From positions 1 to 53,331 of the forward strand of contig JAEOTO010000027.1 of NCBI GenBank assembly GCA_016839805.1: a stretch of 53,331 bases of DNA. The letters are read 5' to 3'. Made by a program: the position numbers and the translations under genes. The number at the start of each line of letters is the position of its first letter. The stretch's first letter is position 1. This DNA comes from Candidatus Hermodarchaeota archaeon. Its GTDB lineage: Archaea; Asgardarchaeota; Hermodarchaeia; Hermodarchaeales; Hermodarchaeaceae. The notes under the pieces are model-generated. The model made no database searches. It was not told where the DNA came from and was given only the letters and a program-made list of their open reading frames with translations. Positions 30,148 to 40,698 of this stretch are shown piece after piece.

Positions 30148-31415
30148 AACCGATGCCTAACTATACAATGGCCGAAAAAATCCTCATCAACCACATTGAA
30201 GCAAAAGATGTAGAACCTGGAGAAATCGTTGACGCTAGCATCGATATTGCAATGAGTCATGAGATGATGGGTACCCGCGTTCTTCCTCACCTTGAAGAGA
30301 TAGGAACCTCGAAAGTGTGGGACCCTGATCGGGTAGTCATGATTTTAGACCATTGGACTCCGGCACCGACCGTTGAGGCAGCCACCATTCACCAGCGTGT
30401 TCGGAAATTTGTTCACGATTACAAGATTCAACATTTCTATGATGTAGGAAGGGGAATCTGCCACCAGGTTCTCGTCGAGGAAGGACATGTGCGACCGGGT
30501 GAAATACTTGTAGGAACTGACTCTCACACCACAACAGCCGGTGCATTCGGCACCCTTGCTACGGGTATTGGAGCAACGGATATGGCGATTGTCCTCACTA
30601 CAGGACGATTATGGTTGCGAGTTCCCGATACCATTCGGATTGAGATAAAAGGAAAATTACCCCCAAAGGTGATGGGAAAAGATATCATACTCCACATCCT
30701 TAGCCATCTGGGAGTAGATGGGGCAACCTTCCAGGCAATCGAATATCATGGTGATGCTTTGGCTCACCTTAGCTTGGATGCCTGGATGACTCTCACCAAT
30801 ATGGCCGTAGAAGCAGGAGCAATGACTGCCATTATACCACCAGATCAACGGGTGAAAGATTACATCCAAAATCGGACCTCTCAACCCTTCACACCAGTGT
30901 ATCCTGATAAGGATGCTAGATATCTACAGAAGTATGAATTCGATGTTACAAATCTTGCACCTCAAGTCGCGAAACCCTCACTTCCATCGAACGCTGTCCC
31001 TGTTAACGAAGTTGAAGGGACCACCATTGATCAGGCTTTCCTTGGGTCATGCACCAATGGACGGCTTGAGGACCTGCGAGTCGTTGCTAATTTGATTGCA
31101 GGAAAGCAGGTAGCAGACGGCGTCCGGTTTATCGTGAATCCAGCAAGTCACGCGATTTACCATTTGGCATTAATGGAGGGAATTATTGGGAGCTTAGTCA
31201 AGGCAGGTGCAATTATTGGACCAGCAACTTGTGGACCATGTTTTGGTGGCCATTGCGGTTTACTGGCTTCCAACGAAGTGTGTATCAGTACAACAAACCG
31301 GAATTTCCCTGGTCGCATGGGAAGCCCGGATGCAAAAATCTATTTGGCATCACCTGCCACAGTTGCTGTAAGTGCCCTAGCTGGAAAGATAACAGATCCA
31401 CGAAAAGGAGGCTAA
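30144..31415 (+). CDS. 3-isopropylmalate dehydratase/homoaconitase large subunit (archaeal LeuC/HacA type)
   Basis: ICHQV, GTDSHT, GSCTNGR, CGPCFG, TNRNFPGRMG and LASPATVA. Confidence 0.92.
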   Translation: MKPMPNYTMAEKILINHIEAKDVEPGEIVDASIDIAMSHEMMGTRVLPHLEEIGTSKVWDPDRVVMILDHWTPAPTVEAATIHQRVRKFVHDYKIQHFYDVGRGICHQVLVEEGHVRPGEILVGTDSHTTTAGAFGTLATGIGATDMAIVLTTGRLWLRVPDTIRIEIKGKLPPKVMGKDIILHILSHLGVDGATFQAIEYHGDALAHLSLDAWMTLTNMAVEAGAMTAIIPPDQRVKDYIQNRTSQPFTPVYPDKDARYLQKYEFDVTNLAPQVAKPSLPSNAVPVNEVEGTTIDQAFLGSCTNGRLEDLRVVANLIAGKQVADGVRFIVNPASHAIYHLALMEGIIGSLVKAGAIIGPATCGPCFGGHCGLLASNEVCISTTNRNFPGRMGSPDAKIYLASPATVAVSALAGKITDPRKGG

Positions 31416-31418
31416 AAA

Positions 31419-31940
31419 ATGCCAAAAGACGTCAATTCAGTGAAAGGCAGAGCATGGCGTTTTGGAGCAAATATTAGCACCGATGATATCATTTCTGGAG
31501 TTCATCTAACCGAATTGGAAATTAAGAATTTGGCCCCATTTGTGTTTGAGAACCTTCGACCCGAATTTGCTCAAAAGGTGCAACCTGGTGACGTCATCGT
31601 TGCTGGGGAAAATTTTGGGATGGGATCAAGTCGGGAGGGGGCACCAGCAATCCTTCGTTATCTTAGGATTGGAGCAATCGTTGCAGTCTCCTTTGCCCGA
31701 ATCTTCTTTCGGAACGCATTTAACCTGGGCATACCTGCCCTCGAATTTCCTGCGCTGGCGAAAAATCCGGATTTAATTCGCGAAGGTGATGTCATTGAAA
31801 TTCATTTCAAAGATGGCACTTTGATAAACCAAAGCACTAAGAAGCAATATAAAATTACGAAAATCCCCCCATTTCTTCTAGAATACCTCAATGCTGGGGG
31901 AGCCATTCCACTCCTCAAACAGAAACTAAAGACAAAGTAA
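31419..31940 (+). CDS. 3-isopropylmalate dehydratase/homoaconitase small subunit (LeuD/HacB type)
   Basis: ISTDDII, AGENFGMGSSRE and SFARIFFRNAFNLG. Confidence 0.92.
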   Translation: MPKDVNSVKGRAWRFGANISTDDIISGVHLTELEIKNLAPFVFENLRPEFAQKVQPGDVIVAGENFGMGSSREGAPAILRYLRIGAIVAVSFARIFFRNAFNLGIPALEFPALAKNPDLIREGDVIEIHFKDGTLINQSTKKQYKITKIPPFLLEYLNAGGAIPLLKQKLKTK

Positions 31941-31989
31941 TTTCATAAAATCAAACACTCTTAAGCATCAAGTGCCTTAGCCTTAGAGC

Positions 31990-32703
31990 ATGTTGTACCT
32001 CATCCCTTATGCAGTGATTTTTTGGATTTTTGCGTTTGTGTCAATACTCATCAAAGCTGCTCGCGAAGACGAAATCACCTTTCAAAAAGAACGCCTGTCT
32101 CAGCTCCCAAAATCTCTATTTCTCATTATCAAGTTCATCCCCGCACTCACCGCTTTCATTATCGTCCTCCTCTTTCGACCCACTATTAGTTTGTTTTACA
32201 TTTTACTCGCAGTAGCCTTCGTCTTTTGTTTACTTGGGGACACCGGTATGGAGACAAAATTTCTTGTGGGTGTTGGGCTGTTCTTAATTGCCCAAATCAT
32301 TTTCATTGCTAACTTCATCTGGCAGAGCCTACTCTCAGGGATCTCTTTTCTTCCAGTCGTTGCCTTCGTTACCGCGTTCCTCGTTTGGATTCTAGTTATT
32401 ATCTTTCTTACGAACTATATCGAATCTGCAGAAACTGGTCTTGGTCAAATGAAAATCCCCCTCATCATCTATGCTCTCACCGTTTCCCTCACCTTTTGCA
32501 GCGCCTTAATGCTGTGGCTTACAGCAGGAGTGCTCTTAGGATTCATCCCCGTAATTGGAGCTTTCTTCTTTGTTATCTCAGATTTTGCCATTGGCATCAA
32601 AGAATTTCATCATCACTTTAAGAAGGCTGAAATTTTCATCTTCACTACCTATTATCTAGCCATTTTCTTGTTATCACTCAGTGTCGCTATTTACATCTTC
32701 TAA
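31990..32703 (+). CDS. YhhN/TMEM86 family membrane hydrolase (lysoplasmalogenase-like)
   Basis: IKFIP, CLLGD, GVGLFLIAQI, GAFFFVISD and TYYLA match the YhhN pattern; about eight TM helices. Confidence 0.8.
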   Translation: MLYLIPYAVIFWIFAFVSILIKAAREDEITFQKERLSQLPKSLFLIIKFIPALTAFIIVLLFRPTISLFYILLAVAFVFCLLGDTGMETKFLVGVGLFLIAQIIFIANFIWQSLLSGISFLPVVAFVTAFLVWILVIIFLTNYIESAETGLGQMKIPLIIYALTVSLTFCSALMLWLTAGVLLGFIPVIGAFFFVISDFAIGIKEFHHHFKKAEIFIFTTYYLAIFLLSLSVAIYIF

Positions 32704-32725
32704 ATCTTGCTTGTCTCTAGACTAA

Positions 32726-34564
32726 TCAGGCAAAATGCTCAACAATATCTTGAGCGAGTTTCTTAGTGATGCCTGGGACTGCAGCAATTTCATCAGCTGA
32801 AGCTTTTGATAAGGTCTCCATATTGCCAAAATGTTGAAGGAGAAGAGTAGCACGTTTCACCCCAACACCAGGAATGTCAGTCAGTGTGAGTTTTAATCCC
32901 TTTATCTGCCGAATCTTGCGATGATAGGCGATGGCAAAACGGTGTGCTTCGTCTCGCACGCGTTGTAGCAATCGTAATCCCTGACTATCATTAGGCAACA
33001 TGATTGGGGTTTTTTGATCAGGTACGTAGACGAGATCAGGGTCAGGTCGTTCTGTTTTAGCGATTCCAATCACTGGTAAATCAACAACACCAACTGTTTC
33101 AAGGGCTTTGAGAGCCATATTAAGTTGCCCGCGTCCCCCGTCAATTACAATGAGAGTGGGTAACGGACTCTTCTCAGCAACGAGGCGGCGGTATCGGCGT
33201 TGAACTACTTCGTGCATCATGGCAAAGTCATCTTGACCTTCCACTTCGCGAATCTTAAACCGTCGATAGCCTTTCTTGAATGGTAATCCATCTTTGAATA
33301 CGACACATACTCCAACAGATTCTGTGCCTTGGAGCGTGGAGATGTCGAAGCCATCAATGTATGCGGGTTCTTCAGGGAGGTGGAGAGCTTCTCTGAGATC
33401 ATTGTAAGCTTGTTGTTTTCGGCCTTCATCGCGTGCCATGCGTTCAATGAGTTGGTGAAGATGGAATTTGGCGTTTTCATTAGCCATTTGGGTCAGACTT
33501 AGCAGGGGGTCGTGGATGGGATGCACAATGCTGACGTGATATTTGTCACCGCGTCGTTGTGAGAGCCAATCTTCAAGAAACGGGGAATCAGCAACTGGTA
33601 CCGAGACAATAACTTCTTCAGGAAATTCGGTTGCTCGGAGATAATATTGTTTGAGGAAGGCTTCAATCACCGTCTCATCAGGAAGTTCAGAGGGAGCAGT
33701 CAGTGGAAAGGGTTGTTGCCCGATAACTCGTCCTTCACGTACAACGAGCAATTGGACGAGGGCATCAGGACCAGTACGGGCTAGTCCTAATACATCGCGG
33801 TGACCGGGAAGTTGATTCCAGTAAGTAGCACGTTGGGCTTGCCGTCCACGTTGGACTGCACGTAATCGATCACGGTATCGGGCAGCTTTTTCGAACTCTT
33901 GTGCTTCTGAGGTTTTCGCCATAAGGCGTTTAAGATGGGCTTCGAGTTCATCGTGTTGCCCTGTAAGCATAAGCGTATATTCTTGCACAAGTTCAGCATA
34001 CTCATCCTTACTAATTTTTTTGACACAGGGTGCGGTACAGTAGCCAATGTCATATTTGAGGCAGGGGCGTTTTCGTTTTCCCGGAACGATAGTAGGCTTA
34101 CAGGTAGCAATCGGAACAATGCGATTAATGGATTTGAGGAGCCCATCTAGGGCTTTAACATTGGAGTAGGGACCAATGTAACGGCTCCCATCTTGAACCA
34201 GGGTTCGGGTTTTTTCCACCCGGGGGAAGTCTTCTTGGAGAGTTATTCGCACATAGGGGAAGCTTTTGTCATCTTTCAATCGGATGTTGTAGCGGGGTTT
34301 GTAGCGTTTGATCATGTTGTCTTCTAGGACCAAGGCTTCGGATTCGTTGGCAGTAACCATGTATTCGAGTTCAGTGACTTCTTGTCCGATTGGTGAAAAG
34401 ACATTGCCACTGCCTATACCTCGAAAATGCGCCGGAACACGTTTCTTAAGGGATCGGGCTTTTCCGACATAGATTACAGCATCATTTGTGTCGTAGAGAA
34501 GGTAAACGCCGGGTGCATCGGGTAACTCTTTTAGTTCCTGTTCAAGCTTCATAGCCCAGATCAC
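32726..34564 (-). CDS. uvrC: Excinuclease ABC subunit C
   Basis: GIY-YIG (GVYL...IYVGKA), PRYNIRLKDDK, Cys-rich region, UVR domain, FDISTLQG, IDGGRGQL, RDEAHRFA and HhH domains. Confidence 0.97.
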   Translation of the reverse strand: MIWAMKLEQELKELPDAPGVYLLYDTNDAVIYVGKARSLKKRVPAHFRGIGSGNVFSPIGQEVTELEYMVTANESEALVLEDNMIKRYKPRYNIRLKDDKSFPYVRITLQEDFPRVEKTRTLVQDGSRYIGPYSNVKALDGLLKSINRIVPIATCKPTIVPGKRKRPCLKYDIGYCTAPCVKKISKDEYAELVQEYTLMLTGQHDELEAHLKRLMAKTSEAQEFEKAARYRDRLRAVQRGRQAQRATYWNQLPGHRDVLGLARTGPDALVQLLVVREGRVIGQQPFPLTAPSELPDETVIEAFLKQYYLRATEFPEEVIVSVPVADSPFLEDWLSQRRGDKYHVSIVHPIHDPLLSLTQMANENAKFHLHQLIERMARDEGRKQQAYNDLREALHLPEEPAYIDGFDISTLQGTESVGVCVVFKDGLPFKKGYRRFKIREVEGQDDFAMMHEVVQRRYRRLVAEKSPLPTLIVIDGGRGQLNMALKALETVGVVDLPVIGIAKTERPDPDLVYVPDQKTPIMLPNDSQGLRLLQRVRDEAHRFAIAYHRKIRQIKGLKLTLTDIPGVGVKRATLLLQHFGNMETLSKASADEIAAVPGITKKLAQDIVEHFA

Positions 34565-34602
34565 CTACTAGAACACCATTCAGATTGAAGAACCGTTCGC
34601 TT

Positions 34603-37533
34603 TTACCGGGACAATATTTTTACTCGTCCACTAGATTCTTGGGTATCGCGTTCAGTCTTCGACGCAAGCGCTTCGCGCAACACAGCACCAGTATAAGATT
34701 TCTGATTCTGGGCCACCTGTTCAGGTGTTCCATGTGCAATAACGAAACCACCTTTATCGCCCCCTTCCGGTCCTAAATCAATGACATAATCCGCCCCCTT
34801 GATAACGTCTGGTTGATGTTCAATCACAATAACCGTGTTCCCAGCATCAACGAGATGATTTAGAACATCAAGGAGCTTTTGGACATCTGCAAGATGCAAT
34901 CCTGTAGTAGGTTCGTCCAAGATGTAGAGTGTTTGAGTGGTGCTGCGTTTACCCAATTCTCGACTCAGTTTGATGCGTTGAGCTTCACCACCACTTAACG
35001 TGGGTGAGGGCTGACCCAATTCCATGTAACCTAACCCAACAGCTTGAAGTGTTCCCAAGATACGGGCAATCCTAGGGATGTTCTTGTAGAATTCTGCAGC
35101 TTCATCAACCGTCATGCGAAGTACTTCGTAAATGGTCTTACCCTTGTATCGGACCTGGAGGGTTTCTTTGTTGAAGCGTTTGCCATGACATTCATCACAT
35201 ACGACGTATACATCGGGAAGGAACTGCATTTCAATGCGAAGTACACCCGCTCCACTGCACGTTTCGCAACGACCCCCCTTGACATTGAAGCTAAATCGTC
35301 CTGGTTGATACCCACGTTTTCGAGCTTCCTCGGTCTTTGAGTATAACTCACGAATCGGACCGAAGACCTGTGTGTATGTAGCGGGATTGGAGCGGGGCGT
35401 TCGACCAATAGGTGACTGGTCGACTAAGATGACCTTATCGATGAGGTCTACTCCTTGTAAGGCTTTGTAGGGTCCTGGTTTCTGAATCATGCTTGAAAGT
35501 GAGGCATCGGATCGTCGACGACGGCGTTGTCGGAACTGCCAGATAATCCCTGGATACAATGTATCGGTGATGAGGGTGCTCTTCCCAGATCCTGAAACAC
35601 CAGTAATGCAGATGAAGGTGCCGAGGGGAAATGTCACGTCAATTTCTTTCAGATTGCGATGGCGAGCGGATTTGATTTGAATACTTGCTCCATTCCCAAT
35701 GCGGCGAGTGGGAGGGACAGAGATGACTTTCTCTCCGCGAAGATATTGTCCGGTAACGGATTTTGGATTTGTTTCGATATCCGCGACGGTACCTTCAGCG
35801 ACGACTTGACCCCCATGAATGCCTGCCCCAGGACCAAGGTCAATCACCCAGTCAGCAGCACGGATAAACCCCTCATCATGTTCTACAACGAGCACAGTAT
35901 TTCCTAGATCGCGAAGTTGAAGGAGCATGGACAGAAGTCGCTCATTGTCGCGCATGTGAAGACCAATACTGGGTTCGTCGAGGATATATGTAACACCCAC
36001 AAGGCGGGAGCCAATCTGAGTCGCAAGTCGGACACGTTGCGCTTCACCCCCCGCTAGCGTCGCGGATTGACGGTTCAAGGTTAGGTAATCCAGACCCACG
36101 GAGGAAAGGAACTGTAAACGTTGCCGTATCTCACGAAGCGTCTGTCGAGCTATCGTGGCTTCTTTCTTCGAGAGTTTCAACGCCTCAAAGAAGCTTAAAG
36201 TTTCATTTATCGATAGATTTGTTACCTGATCGATACTCTTGTCTTGGATTGTGACTGCAAGGGCTTCGGGTCGTAGCCGACGACCATGGCAAACTGGGCA
36301 AGGGAGCTGCGCCATGAATTGGATGATCGATTCTCGTACAACTTCTGAACGAGTGTACTTGTAGCGGTGTTTTAAGCCAGGAATGACACCCATAGTGGGT
36401 TTCTCACTAATCCATTCCCATTTCCGACCAGACGAAGTGATCCCTCGATGCTCAAAGCGAATTTCTTCCTCACCTGAACCATACAGCAGGATGTGTTGAA
36501 CCTTGAGATCTAAATCCTTGAAGGGCGTATCCAAGCTGAATCCGAAATGGTTAGCGATACTTGTAAGGCTGCGAAGTCGCCAGCCATTCAACGGAGCCCT
36601 ATAGGGTGCGAGGGCTCCTTCGTGAATGCTCTTAGTGGAATCGGGTACAACGAGATCGGGATCTACTTCCAATGTATACCCTAATCCTTTACATTCAGGA
36701 CATGCACCGTAAGGAGAATTAAAGCTAAAGAGGCGTGGAGCTAAATCTGGAAAGCTAATGCCACAAACAGGACACCCTGCAGATTCGCTGAAGAGATACT
36801 CCTGATCGCCCTGAACATCGACGATTACGAGGCCTTTGCCAAATTCGAGGGCGGTTTCCACAGATTGGGTGAGGCGTTGTTCTACAGCTGGTTTGAGTAC
36901 CAATCGGTCAACGATGATCTCGATGTCGTGTAGTTTGTAGCGGTCGAGTTCAATTTCATCCTTATCTAATCGATAATCTTTGCCATCAATGCGCACTCGA
37001 ACGAAGCCCTCACTCTGTAATTTCTTGAAGAGTGCTTTGTAGGTGCCTTTCCGTCCCCGAACAACTGGTGAGAGGATGCGGACACGTTTGCCTTCTTCAA
37101 ACTCCATGATCTGCCGAACGATTTGTTGGGCGGATTGGGGAGCGATTCGCCGATCACACTGGTGGCAATGCGGAATCCCAATTCGCGCCCAGAGCAATCG
37201 CATATAATCATAGACTTCAGTAGTTGTGCCCACCGTTGACCGGGGATTTCCACCTGCGGATCGCTGATCAATTGAAATCGCTGGACTTAATCCTTCAATA
37301 GAATCAACATCGGGTTTGTCCATTCGACCCAAAAACTGTCGGGCATACGCTGACAGGGATTCAACATAGCGACGTTGACCCTCAGCGAAAAGGGTGTCAA
37401 AGGCCAGTGAGGACTTACCGGACCCGGAGAGCCCAGTAATGACTACATATCTGTCCCGCGGAATCTGCACAGTAATGTTCTTCAGGTTATGTACGCGGGC
37501 ACCTTTGACAGTAATGTACTTGTCATCGCTCAC
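34603..37533 (-). CDS. uvrA: Excinuclease ABC subunit A
   Basis: Two ABC ATPase modules ([18 protein letters not shown]), [11 protein letters not shown], zinc fingers and LSGGEAQR. Confidence 0.98.
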   Translation of the reverse strand: MSDDKYITVKGARVHNLKNITVQIPRDRYVVITGLSGSGKSSLAFDTLFAEGQRRYVESLSAYARQFLGRMDKPDVDSIEGLSPAISIDQRSAGGNPRSTVGTTTEVYDYMRLLWARIGIPHCHQCDRRIAPQSAQQIVRQIMEFEEGKRVRILSPVVRGRKGTYKALFKKLQSEGFVRVRIDGKDYRLDKDEIELDRYKLHDIEIIVDRLVLKPAVEQRLTQSVETALEFGKGLVIVDVQGDQEYLFSESAGCPVCGISFPDLAPRLFSFNSPYGACPECKGLGYTLEVDPDLVVPDSTKSIHEGALAPYRAPLNGWRLRSLTSIANHFGFSLDTPFKDLDLKVQHILLYGSGEEEIRFEHRGITSSGRKWEWISEKPTMGVIPGLKHRYKYTRSEVVRESIIQFMAQLPCPVCHGRRLRPEALAVTIQDKSIDQVTNLSINETLSFFEALKLSKKEATIARQTLREIRQRLQFLSSVGLDYLTLNRQSATLAGGEAQRVRLATQIGSRLVGVTYILDEPSIGLHMRDNERLLSMLLQLRDLGNTVLVVEHDEGFIRAADWVIDLGPGAGIHGGQVVAEGTVADIETNPKSVTGQYLRGEKVISVPPTRRIGNGASIQIKSARHRNLKEIDVTFPLGTFICITGVSGSGKSTLITDTLYPGIIWQFRQRRRRRSDASLSSMIQKPGPYKALQGVDLIDKVILVDQSPIGRTPRSNPATYTQVFGPIRELYSKTEEARKRGYQPGRFSFNVKGGRCETCSGAGVLRIEMQFLPDVYVVCDECHGKRFNKETLQVRYKGKTIYEVLRMTVDEAAEFYKNIPRIARILGTLQAVGLGYMELGQPSPTLSGGEAQRIKLSRELGKRSTTQTLYILDEPTTGLHLADVQKLLDVLNHLVDAGNTVIVIEHQPDVIKGADYVIDLGPEGGDKGGFVIAHGTPEQVAQNQKSYTGAVLREALASKTERDTQESSGRVKILSR

Positions 37534-37724
37534 TCATCTGTCACCTATCTTGTCAGCGGCACCGATAGCACCTGCTGACATAAGAGTTACGGTTTAACGC
37601 CCAACCCGACCATGATGTGCGTCCAAGGTAGCAGGTTAGCTGACGTGTATTATCAGCCTTTTCGTAGCGGAAGGTCTGTTTAAACATATAAGCGGAGGGG
37701 AGACCACAGTGAAAGTAAACCGGT

Positions 37725-39740
37725 CTAGGCCCCCTTCGTCTGAAGCCCCAAATATGCCTCAATCTCGTTGATAAGATCTCGCAGCTCAGCAGCCCGTTCA
37801 AAATCCAGCTCTTCTGCAGCCTGAAGCATCTCCTCACGTAACTCAACGATCAGCAATGCCAAATCACTTTCATTTGCTGTACGCCAGTTCTTAGGCACTC
37901 TTACCTGTGTCCGCGAATCAGCAGCAACGCGTTCAACACCCTCGGCAATATCAGTAATCGATTTCACGATAGTGGTGGGCGTGATGCCGTGTTCCTTGTT
38001 ATATGCGATTTGCATCGCTCGACGGCGGTTATTCTCACCAATTGCACGCTCCATGGAGTCGGTCATCCGATCTGCATACAGTATCACAGTGCCATCAACG
38101 TTCCGGCTTGCCCTGCCCATGATTTGGATGAGACTCGTATCAGAGCGGAGGAACCCTTCTTTGTCAGCATCAAGAATAGCGACAAGTGAGACTTCAGGCA
38201 GGTCCAGTCCTTCGCGAAGTAAATTAATCCCTACGACGACGTCATGTTTCCCACGGCGTAGGTTACGCAGCACTTCGATTCGCTCAAGTGTACCGACTTC
38301 TGAGTGCAGATATTCAGCCTTGACCCCTGCATGTACCATATAATCTGCCAAGTCTTCGGCCATCCGCTTGGTCAAAGTAGTCACTAAGACCCGCTCATCC
38401 TTCTTCGCCCGACCACGAATTTCACCAAGTAAATCTTCGACTTGCCCCTCTGTAGGACGCACAATGATCTTTGGGTCGACTAGCCCAGTGGGACGAATGA
38501 TTTGCTCCACCACCTGATCCGCATGCTTCCGTTCATAACTCGCTGGAGTAGCTGAAGTATACAAAACAGTCCGCATGTAAGGCTCAAACTCTTCAAAGGT
38601 CAAAGGACGATTATCATAAGCACTGGGCAATCGGAAACCATAATCCACAAGATTGCGTTTCCGTGACAAATCCCCATAATACATCCCCCCAATTTGGGGA
38701 ACCGTGATATGCGATTCATCAACCACCAGGAAGAAATTTTCCGGATAATGATCGAGGAGGCAGTAAGGTTTCTGCCCTGACTTCCGATCGTCAAAGTATC
38801 GTGAATAATTTTCTATACCACCGGTCCAGCCAACCGAACGCATCATCTCAATATCATATTTCACGCGTCGTCGTAACCGATCCGCTTCAAGAATCTTATT
38901 TTCAGCTTCGAGTTCTTTTAAGCGTTCTTCCAGCTCATCTTCTATTTGCTCGAGAATATCCGGCAGGACGTGGGTATCCGTGGTGAACTGTTTAGCAGGA
39001 AAGATTTTGACTCTATCGCGTTCATACAGCACTGTACCTTTCACGGGGGCAATATCTGTAATCCGTTCGATGGTATCCCCAAAGGTTTCTAATCGAATCG
39101 GGTGATTTGCGTAGGCCGGAAACACTTCAATAACATCTCCCCGAACACGAAAGGTCCCCCGATGAAAATCAAAATCATTCCGATCATAGTTGATATGCAC
39201 AAGCCGGGCGAAGAGCTCATCACGCGGGATTTCTTGACCCTGTTCCAGTTCAACCACAAGATTTCGATATGAGCCCGGTGCCCCAATGCCATAAATGCAG
39301 GAAACGGTCGCGACAATGAGGACATCCCGACGTACTGCAAGAGAGGCCTGGGCAGAAAGCCGCATCCGTTCAACTTCTTCGTTGATGGATGCATCCTTTT
39401 CAATATAGGTATCCGAGGTGGGCATGTACGCTTCAGGTTGAAAATAATCATAATATGAAGTATAGTACTCTACTGAATTTTCAGGGAAGTATTCACGGAA
39501 CATACTCGTCAGTTGCGCAGCTAAGGTCTTGTTCGGAGCGATAACTAATGTTGGTTTTTGAAGTGCTTCTACGATAGAAGCAACAGTGAAGGTCTTACCC
39601 GAGCCGGTCACGCCTAGAAGCGTCTGTTGCTTTTTGCCCTGTTTATAACCCTCGATGAGTTTCTGGATGGCTTTAGGTTGGTCTCCACGTGGTGTATAGT
39701 CCGGATTTAGTTCAAACTGTCGTGACGAAGCCAGAGTCAT
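37725..39740 (-). CDS. uvrB: Excinuclease ABC subunit B
   Basis: GVTGSGKT, YYDYFQPEAY, DESH, GINLLREGLDLPEV and C-terminal UVR domain; ATG 39740 preceded by GGAGGTG. Confidence 0.98.
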   Translation of the reverse strand: MTLASSRQFELNPDYTPRGDQPKAIQKLIEGYKQGKKQQTLLGVTGSGKTFTVASIVEALQKPTLVIAPNKTLAAQLTSMFREYFPENSVEYYTSYYDYFQPEAYMPTSDTYIEKDASINEEVERMRLSAQASLAVRRDVLIVATVSCIYGIGAPGSYRNLVVELEQGQEIPRDELFARLVHINYDRNDFDFHRGTFRVRGDVIEVFPAYANHPIRLETFGDTIERITDIAPVKGTVLYERDRVKIFPAKQFTTDTHVLPDILEQIEDELEERLKELEAENKILEADRLRRRVKYDIEMMRSVGWTGGIENYSRYFDDRKSGQKPYCLLDHYPENFFLVVDESHITVPQIGGMYYGDLSRKRNLVDYGFRLPSAYDNRPLTFEEFEPYMRTVLYTSATPASYERKHADQVVEQIIRPTGLVDPKIIVRPTEGQVEDLLGEIRGRAKKDERVLVTTLTKRMAEDLADYMVHAGVKAEYLHSEVGTLERIEVLRNLRRGKHDVVVGINLLREGLDLPEVSLVAILDADKEGFLRSDTSLIQIMGRASRNVDGTVILYADRMTDSMERAIGENNRRRAMQIAYNKEHGITPTTIVKSITDIAEGVERVAADSRTQVRVPKNWRTANESDLALLIVELREEMLQAAEELDFERAAELRDLINEIEAYLGLQTKGA

Positions 39741-39915
39741 CACACCTCCCAGCTTGGAAGAAATGCATACAGCTTTATGATTTTTGTGGAGTGTCCTGAT
39801 AATTAACCGGAGGGAAAATCTCGGTAACGCATTCGATAACTCAGAACTTGCTATCAGCATAACCGATAGAATTTTTCATCAGGGACTTTGTGATAGCATC
39901 TTGAGATTTGTTTCC

Positions 39916-40638
39916 ATGTGTTATCATTATTCTGTCCCGAACATAGATGGGCTTCGTGATCGCTTCCATGCCTACGTAGATCCACCGTCTTCCTTCAACC
40001 GCATTTACCATGTTTCGGGATTTAGCCGACCCAAGCTACCAGCGATTACGACTGAGGATCCAGCGCGAATCCAATTCCTCGCTTGGGGACTAATTCCCCG
40101 TTGGGTAAAGGATGATGCGATTGCAGAAAAGTTTCGCACGAGAACACTCAATGCCCGTGCGGAGACCCTTTATGAGAAGGCGTCGTTTCGTCACCTGGTT
40201 GAGCGAAATCGGTGTTTGGTGTTGGCGGATGGCTTTTTCGAGTGGCGGCATTACCAAGGACGGACTTACCCCTATTATATCACGTTGAAGAATCAGCAGC
40301 CCTTTGCCTTTGCAGGACTTTGGGATGCGTGGCAACCACCAAATTTACCCGAAGTGGAAAAAACCTATACGATCATCACGACGAAAGCCAACACATTGTT
40401 AGAGCAGGTGCATAATAAACGGAAACGGATGCCTGTTATCCTTACACCAGAACACGAACAGAGCTGGTTGACTCCGGAGTTATCGCAGCCTAAGATTGAC
40501 ACTCTGCTGACGGCCTATGATCCCGAGCGGATGCAGGCTCATCCGGTGTCTCGACTGTTAACCGCTAGAGGTGTTCAGACTAATGTGCCGGATGCCATTC
40601 AACCTAAAGAATATGCGGATTTACCTGGACTAACCTAA
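39916..40638 (+). CDS. SOS response-associated peptidase (SRAP; YedK/HMCES family abasic-site protein)
   Basis: The true start gives Met-Cys (MCYHY, catalytic Cys2); WGLIP, NARAET, RCLVLADGFFEW, FAGLW and HxxxxRMPVIL. Confidence 0.92.
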   Translation: MCYHYSVPNIDGLRDRFHAYVDPPSSFNRIYHVSGFSRPKLPAITTEDPARIQFLAWGLIPRWVKDDAIAEKFRTRTLNARAETLYEKASFRHLVERNRCLVLADGFFEWRHYQGRTYPYYITLKNQQPFAFAGLWDAWQPPNLPEVEKTYTIITTKANTLLEQVHNKRKRMPVILTPEHEQSWLTPELSQPKIDTLLTAYDPERMQAHPVSRLLTARGVQTNVPDAIQPKEYADLPGLT

Positions 40639-40698
40639 GTAAATGCCTAGGGAAGCCGGAGCAATCATTGCAAAGCTTTCCATTTTATGTTTGCTTGG

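Noticed and set aside
37553-37846. 97-aa ORF spanning the uvrB end and the spacer
   Set aside because: It overlaps uvrB out of frame and has no SD or recognisable features.
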